From a virus (lineage: Duplodnaviria > Heunggongvirae > Uroviricota > Caudoviricetes), in the IMG/VR virus record IMGVR_UViG_2671180411_000016: a stretch of DNA of 40,851 nt; one strand, given 5' to 3'. The notes below the pieces were generated by a model. It made no database searches and was not told the DNA's origin. It saw only the letters and a program-made list of their open reading frames with translations. A program made the position numbers and the translations under genes. Shown here in pieces: positions 35,457 through 40,851 of this stretch; the stretch's first letter is position 1, and each line of letters opens with the position of its first letter.

Positions 35457-38066
35457 ATGAGCACAAAACCACTCTTCCTGTTACGGAAAGCGAAAAAATC
35501 ATCCGGTGAACCTGACGTCGTCCTGTGGGCAAGCAACGATTTTGAATCGACCTGTGCCACTCTGGACTACCTGATCGTTAAGTCAGGTAAAAAACTGAGC
35601 AGCTATTTTAAAGCTGTTGCCACGAATTTTCCTGTCGTTAATGACCTGCCCGCTGAAGGTGAGATCGATTTTACCTGGAGTGAACGCTATCAACTCAGCA
35701 AAGACTCCATGACATGGGAACTAAAACCGGGAGCAGCACCAGACAACGCTCACTATCAAGGCAATACCAACGTCAACGGCGAAGACATGACTGAGATTGA
35801 GGAGAATATGCTACTCCCAATTTCTGGCCAGGAACTGCCCATTCGTTGGCTTGCTCAACACGGCAGCGAAAAACCGGTAACGCACGTTTCACGCGACGGA
35901 CTCCAGGCATTACACATTGCTCGGGCTGAAGAACTACCGGCTGTTACTGCCCTGGCTGTTTCCCACAAAACCAGCCTGCTCGACCCGCTGGAAATTCGCG
36001 AACTCCACAAACTGGTTCGTGACACTGACAAAGTTTTCCCTAATCCTGGTAATTCAAACCTGGGACTGATAACTGCTTTTTTCGAAGCATACCTGAACGC
36101 TGACTACACCGATCGAGGACTGCTGACAAAAGAGTGGATGAAGGGTAATCGTGTTTCACACATCACTCGCACGGCTTCCGGTGCTAATGCTGGCGGCGGA
36201 AACCTCACCGATCGCGGCGAAGGTTTCGTACACGATCTGACGTCACTGGCGCGGGACGTAGCCACTGGCGTACTGGCCCGTTCAATGGATCTGGACATCT
36301 ATAACCTTCATCCGGCACACGCTAAACGCATTGAGGAAATTATCGCTGAAAATAAACCGCCCTTTTCTGTTTTCCGCGACAAATTCATCACCATGCCTGG
36401 CGGGCTGGATTATTCCCGCGCCATCGTGGTTGCGTCCGTAAAAGAAGCACCAATTGGGATCGAGGTCATCCCCGCGCACGTCACTGAATATCTGAACAAA
36501 GTACTGACTGAAACCGATCATGCCAACCCTGATCCGGAAATCGTGGATATTGCCTGCGGTCGCTCCTCTGCCCCGATGCCGCAGCGAGTAACAGAAGAAG
36601 GAAAACAGGATGATGAAGAAAAACCGCAACCATCTGGAACAACGGCAGTTGAACAGGGAGAGGCTGAAACAATGGAACCGGACGCAACTGAACATCATCA
36701 GGACACGCAGCCGCTGGATGCTCAGTCACAGGTAAATTCTGTTGATGCGAAATATCAGGAACTGCGGGCAGAACTCCATGAAGCCCGGAAAAACATTCCA
36801 TCAAAAAATCCTGTCGATGCCGATAAATTGCTTGCTGCATCACGTGGTGAATTTGTTGACGGAATTAGCGACCCGAACGANNNNNNNNNNNNNNNNNNNN
36901 NNNNNNNNNNNNNNNNNNNNNNNNNNNNNNNNNNNNNNNNNNNNNNNNNNNNNNNNNNNNNNNNNNNNNNNNNNNNNNNNNNNNNNNNNNNNNNNNNNNN
37001 NNNNNNNNNNNNNNNNNNNNNNNNNNNNNNNNNNNNNNNNNNNNNNNNNNNNNNNNNNNNNNNNNNNNNNNNNNNNNNNNNNNNNNNNNNNNNNNNNNNN
37101 NNNNNNNNNNNNNNNNNNNNNNNNNNNNNNGATCCGGAGGAAATGGAAGGCGCTGAACATCCGCACAATGAGAATGCTGGCAGCGATCCGCATCGCGATT
37201 GCAGTGATGAAACTGGCGAAGTCGCAGATCCCGTAATCGTAGAAGACATAGAGCCAGGTATTTATTACGGAATTTCGAATGAGAATTACCACGCGGGTCC
37301 CGGTGTCAGTAAGTCTCAGCTCGATGACATTGCTGATACTCCGGCACTGTATTTGTGGCGTAAAAATGCCCCCGTGGACACCACAAAGACAAAAACGCTC
37401 GATTTAGGAACCGCTTTCCACTGCCGGGTACTTGAGCCGGAAGAATTCAGTAACCGCTTTATCGTAGCACCTGAATTTAACCGCCGGACAAACTCCGGAA
37501 AAGAAGAAGAGAAAGCGTTTCTGAGGGAATGCGCAAGCACAGGAAAAACGGTTATCACTGCCGAAGAAGGCCGGAAAATTGAACTCATGTATCAGAGCGT
37601 TATGGCTTTGCCGCTGGGGCAATGGCTTGTTGAAAGCGCCGGACACGCTGAATCATCAATTTACTGGGAAGATCCTGAAACAGCAATTTTGTGTCGGTGC
37701 CGTCCGGACAAAATTATCCCTGAATTTCACTGGATCATGGACGTGAAAACTACGGCGGATATTCAACGATTCAAAACCGCTTATTACGACTACCGCTATC
37801 ACGTTCAGGATGCATTCTACAGTGACGGTTATGAAGCACAGTTTGGAGTGCAGCCAACTTTCGTTTTTCTGGTTGCCAGCACAACTATTGAATGCGGACG
37901 TTATCCGGTTGAAATTTTCATGATGGGCGAAGAAGCAAAACTGGCAGGTCAGCTGGAATATCACCGCAATCTGCGAACCCTGGCTGACTGCCTCAATACC
38001 GATGAATGGCCAGCTATTAAGACGTTATCACTGCCCCGCTGGGCTAAGGAATATGCAAATGACTAA
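35457..38066 (+). CDS. recE: exodeoxyribonuclease VIII RecE (interrupted by N-run 36891..37130)
   Basis: 869 aa ORF; N-terminal [39 protein letters not shown] matches remembered RecE; stop overlaps the recT start. Confidence 0.95.
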   Translation: MSTKPLFLLRKAKKSSGEPDVVLWASNDFESTCATLDYLIVKSGKKLSSYFKAVATNFPVVNDLPAEGEIDFTWSERYQLSKDSMTWELKPGAAPDNAHYQGNTNVNGEDMTEIEENMLLPISGQELPIRWLAQHGSEKPVTHVSRDGLQALHIARAEELPAVTALAVSHKTSLLDPLEIRELHKLVRDTDKVFPNPGNSNLGLITAFFEAYLNADYTDRGLLTKEWMKGNRVSHITRTASGANAGGGNLTDRGEGFVHDLTSLARDVATGVLARSMDLDIYNLHPAHAKRIEEIIAENKPPFSVFRDKFITMPGGLDYSRAIVVASVKEAPIGIEVIPAHVTEYLNKVLTETDHANPDPEIVDIACGRSSAPMPQRVTEEGKQDDEEKPQPSGTTAVEQGEAETMEPDATEHHQDTQPLDAQSQVNSVDAKYQELRAELHEARKNIPSKNPVDADKLLAASRGEFVDGISDPNXXXXXXXXXXXXXXXXXXXXXXXXXXXXXXXXXXXXXXXXXXXXXXXXXXXXXXXXXXXXXXXXXXXXXXXXXXXXXXXXXXXXDPEEMEGAEHPHNENAGSDPHRDCSDETGEVADPVIVEDIEPGIYYGISNENYHAGPGVSKSQLDDIADTPALYLWRKNAPVDTTKTKTLDLGTAFHCRVLEPEEFSNRFIVAPEFNRRTNSGKEEEKAFLRECASTGKTVITAEEGRKIELMYQSVMALPLGQWLVESAGHAESSIYWEDPETAILCRCRPDKIIPEFHWIMDVKTTADIQRFKTAYYDYRYHVQDAFYSDGYEAQFGVQPTFVFLVASTTIECGRYPVEIFMMGEEAKLAGQLEYHRNLRTLADCLNTDEWPAIKTLSLPRWAKEYAND

Positions 38067-38868
38067 GCAACCACCAATCGCAAAAGCCGATCTGCAAAAA
38101 ACTCAGGGAAACCGTGCACCAGCAGCAATTAAAAATAACGACGTGATTAGTTTTATTAACCAGCCATCAATGAAAGAGCAACTGGCAGCAGCTCTTCCAC
38201 GCCATATGACGGCTGAACGTATGATCCGTATCGCCACCACAGAAATTCGTAAAGTTCCGGCGTTAGGAAACTGTGACACTATGAGTTTTGTCAGTGCAAT
38301 CGTACAGTGTTCACAGCTCGGACTTGAGCCCGGTAGCGCCCTCGGTCATGCATATTTACTGCCTTTTGGTAATAAAAACGAAAAGAGCGGTAAAAAAAAC
38401 GTTCAGCTAATCATTGGCTATCGCGGCATGATTGATCTGGCTCGCCGTTCAGGTCAAATCGCCAGCCTGTCAGCCCGTGTTGTCCGTGAAGGTGACGAGT
38501 TTAATTTCGAATTTGGCCTTGATGAAAAGTTAATACACCGCCCAGGAGAAAACGAAGATGCCCCTGTTACCCACGTCTATGCTGTCGCAAGACTGAAAGA
38601 CGGAGGTACTCAGTTTGAAGTTATGACGCGCAAACAGATTGAGCTGGTGCGCAGCCAGAGTAAAGCTGGTAATAACGGGCCGTGGGTAACTCACTGGGAA
38701 GAAATGGCAAAGAAAACGGCTATTCGTCGCCTGTTCAAATATCTGCCCGTATCAATTGAGATCCAGCGTGCAGTATCAATGGATGAAAAGGAACCACTGA
38801 CAATCGATCCTGCAGATTCCTCTGTATTAACCGGGGAATACAGTGTAATCGATAATTCAGAGGAATAA
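38059..38868 (+). CDS. recT: recombinase RecT (single-strand annealing protein)
   Basis: 269 aa from ATG 38059 ([41 protein letters not shown]...), matches remembered RecT. Confidence 0.95.
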   Translation: MTKQPPIAKADLQKTQGNRAPAAIKNNDVISFINQPSMKEQLAAALPRHMTAERMIRIATTEIRKVPALGNCDTMSFVSAIVQCSQLGLEPGSALGHAYLLPFGNKNEKSGKKNVQLIIGYRGMIDLARRSGQIASLSARVVREGDEFNFEFGLDEKLIHRPGENEDAPVTHVYAVARLKDGGTQFEVMTRKQIELVRSQSKAGNNGPWVTHWEEMAKKTAIRRLFKYLPVSIEIQRAVSMDEKEPLTIDPADSSVLTGEYSVIDNSEE

Positions 38869-38923
38869 TTCAGCCTGGCGGTGTAATGCACCGCCAACTT
38901 GAAATATTTTTATGAGAAAAATT

Positions 38924-39073
38924 ATGAGATATGACAATGTTAAACCATGTCCATTTTGTGGTTGTCCATCAGTAACGGTGAAAGCCATTTCAGGATATTA
39001 CCGAGCGAAGTGTAACGGATGCGAATCCCGAACCGGTTATGGTGGAAGTGAAAAAGAAGCACTCGAACGATGA
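38924..39073 (+). CDS. ralR: RalR-like zinc-ribbon protein truncated by an in-frame TGA at codon 50
   Basis: MRYDNVKPCPFCGCPSVTVKAISGYYRAKCNGCESRTGYGGSEKEALER then TGA (39071..39073); the next 14 codons in frame read NKRTTGNNNGGVHV and end at TAA 39116..39118, overlapping the ydaC ATG. Confidence 0.6.
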   Translation: MRYDNVKPCPFCGCPSVTVKAISGYYRAKCNGCESRTGYGGSEKEALER

Positions 39074-39110
39074 AATAAACGAACCACTGGAAATAATAAT
39101 GGAGGTGTTC

Positions 39111-39299
39111 ATGTATAAAATTACCGCCACTATTGAAAAGGAAGGTGGCACTCCTACTAACTGGACAAGATATTCAAAATCTAAACTAACGAAATCAGAA
39201 TGCGAAAAAATGCTCTCAGGTAAAAAAGAAGCAGGCGTTTCCAGAGAGCAGAAAGTAAAACTGATAAATTTTAATTGCGAGAAACTTCAGTCCTCGTGA
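39111..39299 (+). CDS. ydaC: YdaC-like small protein
   Basis: 62 aa from ATG 39111 (MYKITATIEKEGGTPTNWTRY...), GGAGG Shine-Dalgarno at 39101..39105. Confidence 0.7.
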   Translation: MYKITATIEKEGGTPTNWTRYSKSKLTKSECEKMLSGKKEAGVSREQKVKLINFNCEKLQSS

Positions 39300-39398
39300 A
39301 TTGCATTGTATTCAAATTAAAACTTCATAGCTGATTATTAATAATCAACATCGGGCGTCAATTTAAGTCTAACATTGGCGCCTGCCAGAGGTGATGCG

Positions 39399-39614
39399 AT
39401 GGCACAAGTAATCTTTAATGAAGAGTGGATGGTTGAATACGGCCTGATGCTTCGCACTGGTCTGGGGGCCAGACAAATTGAAGCATACCGCCAGAACTGT
39501 TGGGTGGAAGGCTTCCACTTCAAACGAGTATCTCCTTTAGGGAAGCCAGACAGTAAGCGAGGGATTATCTGGTATAACTATCCAAAGATAAATCAGTTTA
39601 TCAAAGACTCATGA
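39399..39614 (+). CDS. xis: excisionase
   Basis: 71 aa from ATG 39399 ([16 protein letters not shown]...), AGAGG Shine-Dalgarno; its stop is 1 nt before the integrase ATG. Confidence 0.75.
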   Translation: MAQVIFNEEWMVEYGLMLRTGLGARQIEAYRQNCWVEGFHFKRVSPLGKPDSKRGIIWYNYPKINQFIKDS

Positions 39615-39615
39615 T

Positions 39616-40851
39616 ATGTCTAAATTACCAACAGGTGTCGAGATTCGAGGTAAATACATTCGCATCTGGTTCATGTTTCGAGGAAAACGATGTCGGGAAA
39701 CATTGAAAGGCTGGGAGGTTACTAACAGTAACATTAAAAAAGCCGGGAATTTAAGAGCGTTGATAGTTCATGAAATCAATTCCGGTGAGTTTGAGTATTT
39801 AAGACGTTTTCCCCAGTCCAGCACTGGGGCAAAAATGGTGACAACGAGGGTCATAAAAACGTTCGGGGAGCTTTGTGATATCTGGACAAAAATTAAAGAA
39901 ACAGAGTTAACAACAAACACAATGAAGAAAACGAAATCACAATTAAAAACACTCAGGATAATAATTTGTGAGAGTACTCCGATATCGCATATTCGTTATA
40001 GCGATATCTTAAACTACCGGAATGAACTGCTGCATGGAGAAACGCTTTACCTGGATAATCCAAGATCCAACAAAAAAGGAAGAACCGTGCGCACAGTTGA
40101 TAACTATATCGCCCTGCTCTGTTCGTTGTTACGTTTTGCGTATCAGTCGGGATTTATATCAACCAAACCATTTGAAGGAGTAAAGAAATTACAGAGAAAC
40201 AGAATAAAGCCTGACCCGTTATCTAAAACAGAATTCAATGCATTAATGGAAAGTGAAAAAGGACAGAGCCAGAACTTGTGGAAATTTGCCGTATACTCCG
40301 GGCTTCGTCACGGGGAACTGGCTGCTCTGGCGTGGGAGGATGTGGATTTCGAGAAGGGAGTTGTGAATGTCAGAAGAAACCTGACGATACTGGATATGTT
40401 CGGTCCCCCAAAAACAAATGCGGGGATCCGGACGGTAACACTACTGCAGCCTGCTCTTGAAGCACTGAAGGAGCAATACAAACTGACCGGGCATCATCGC
40501 AAAAGCGAAATCACTTTTTATCATCGGGAGTACGGCAGAACCGAAAAGCAAAAACTGCATTTTGTTTTCATGCCCAGAGTGTGTAACGGAAAACAGAAAC
40601 CTTATTACTCGGTAAGCAGTTTGGGTGCGAGATGGAATGCAGCAGTAAAACGTGCTGGTATTCGCCGCCGTAATCCGTACCATACGCGGCATACTTTTGC
40701 CTGCTGGCTGTTGACGGCAGGAGCGAACCCGGCGTTTATAGCCAGCCAGATGGGGCATGAAACTGCGCAGATGGTGTATGAAATTTACGGTATGTGGATT
40801 GATGACATGAACGACGAACAGGTAGCCATGTTGAATGCGCGGTTATCGTAG
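39616..40851 (+). CDS. intR: tyrosine integrase (Rac IntR-like)
   Basis: 411 aa; N-terminal MSKLPTGVEIRGKYIRIWFMFRGKRCRETLKGW and C-terminal catalytic region (HTRHTFA...MGHET...Y) match lambdoid/Rac integrases; ends at the last base of the window. Confidence 0.95.
   Translation: MSKLPTGVEIRGKYIRIWFMFRGKRCRETLKGWEVTNSNIKKAGNLRALIVHEINSGEFEYLRRFPQSSTGAKMVTTRVIKTFGELCDIWTKIKETELTTNTMKKTKSQLKTLRIIICESTPISHIRYSDILNYRNELLHGETLYLDNPRSNKKGRTVRTVDNYIALLCSLLRFAYQSGFISTKPFEGVKKLQRNRIKPDPLSKTEFNALMESEKGQSQNLWKFAVYSGLRHGELAALAWEDVDFEKGVVNVRRNLTILDMFGPPKTNAGIRTVTLLQPALEALKEQYKLTGHHRKSEITFYHREYGRTEKQKLHFVFMPRVCNGKQKPYYSVSSLGARWNAAVKRAGIRRRNPYHTRHTFACWLLTAGANPAFIASQMGHETAQMVYEIYGMWIDDMNDEQVAMLNARLS

Larger units (their letters stand above)
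1..40851. mobile_element. Rac-type lambdoid prophage, internal segment (tail gene J through integrase); ends not in window
   Basis: Contiguous phage modules in lambdoid order; the int, recE, recT, kilR, racC, ydaS/T/U/V, sieB and trkG translations match remembered Rac proteins; no att sites visible. Confidence 0.9.

Noticed and set aside
36891-37130. N-run inside recE
   Set aside because: Masked bases; recE reads through in frame on both sides.
36282-37292. Several ORFs of 120-164 aa antisense to or overlapping recE
   Set aside because: They lie within the well-supported recE frame, partly consist of translated N-run, and show no start signals; treated as spurious.
1-40851. CRISPR array, insertion sequence or integron
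   Set aside because: No regularly spaced direct repeats, no transposase-like ORF and no terminal inverted repeats seen; the only recombinase is the prophage integrase.
40700-40851. Attachment site / prophage boundary at the right end
   Set aside because: The window ends exactly at the integrase stop codon, so the att site and flanking host DNA are outside it.

Overview
The whole 40.9 kb window lies inside a Rac-type lambdoid prophage of an Enterobacteriaceae (E. coli-like) genome; neither attachment site is in the window. Unlike the deleted Rac of E. coli K-12, this copy carries a full late region. Almost all late and early-right genes are on the minus strand; the early-left arm is on the plus strand. 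From left to right: the first 30 codons of tail fibre gene J, lambda-like tail genes (I, K, L, M, tape measure H, G/G-T chaperone with a -1 frameshift site, V), head-tail joining genes, major capsid, scaffold, head morphogenesis protein, portal, large and small terminase, a translationally coupled ParB-like/DxD-motif gene pair, trkG, a phage-21-type lysis cassette (pinholin, SAR endolysin, Rz/Rz1), two paralogous TolA-domain-III-like lipoproteins, antiterminator Q and nin-region genes, an AT-rich accessory island, replication genes (ydaV, ydaU), ydaT, the ydaS/racR immunity switch, ydaG, ydaF, sieB, kilR, ydaE, racC, recE, recT, ralR, ydaC, xis and integrase. The strongest candidate for an undescribed system is a tightly linked two-gene operon in the AT-rich island (27936..28958 and 26919..27920): a protein with a C-terminal RNxxxH HEPN-like motif followed by a protein with a GNAT-like C-terminus. 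Other notable points are the TolA-like lipoprotein pair, a 28-codon hydrophobic peptide ORF, TGCGCA repeats in the small-terminase gene, and apparent lesions in ralR (in-frame TGA) and ydaF (A7 frameshift). Five N-runs of about 230-250 nt interrupt portal, terminase small subunit, Rz, a replication-region gene and recE. All homology calls are from reading the translations against remembered sequences; no database search was run.
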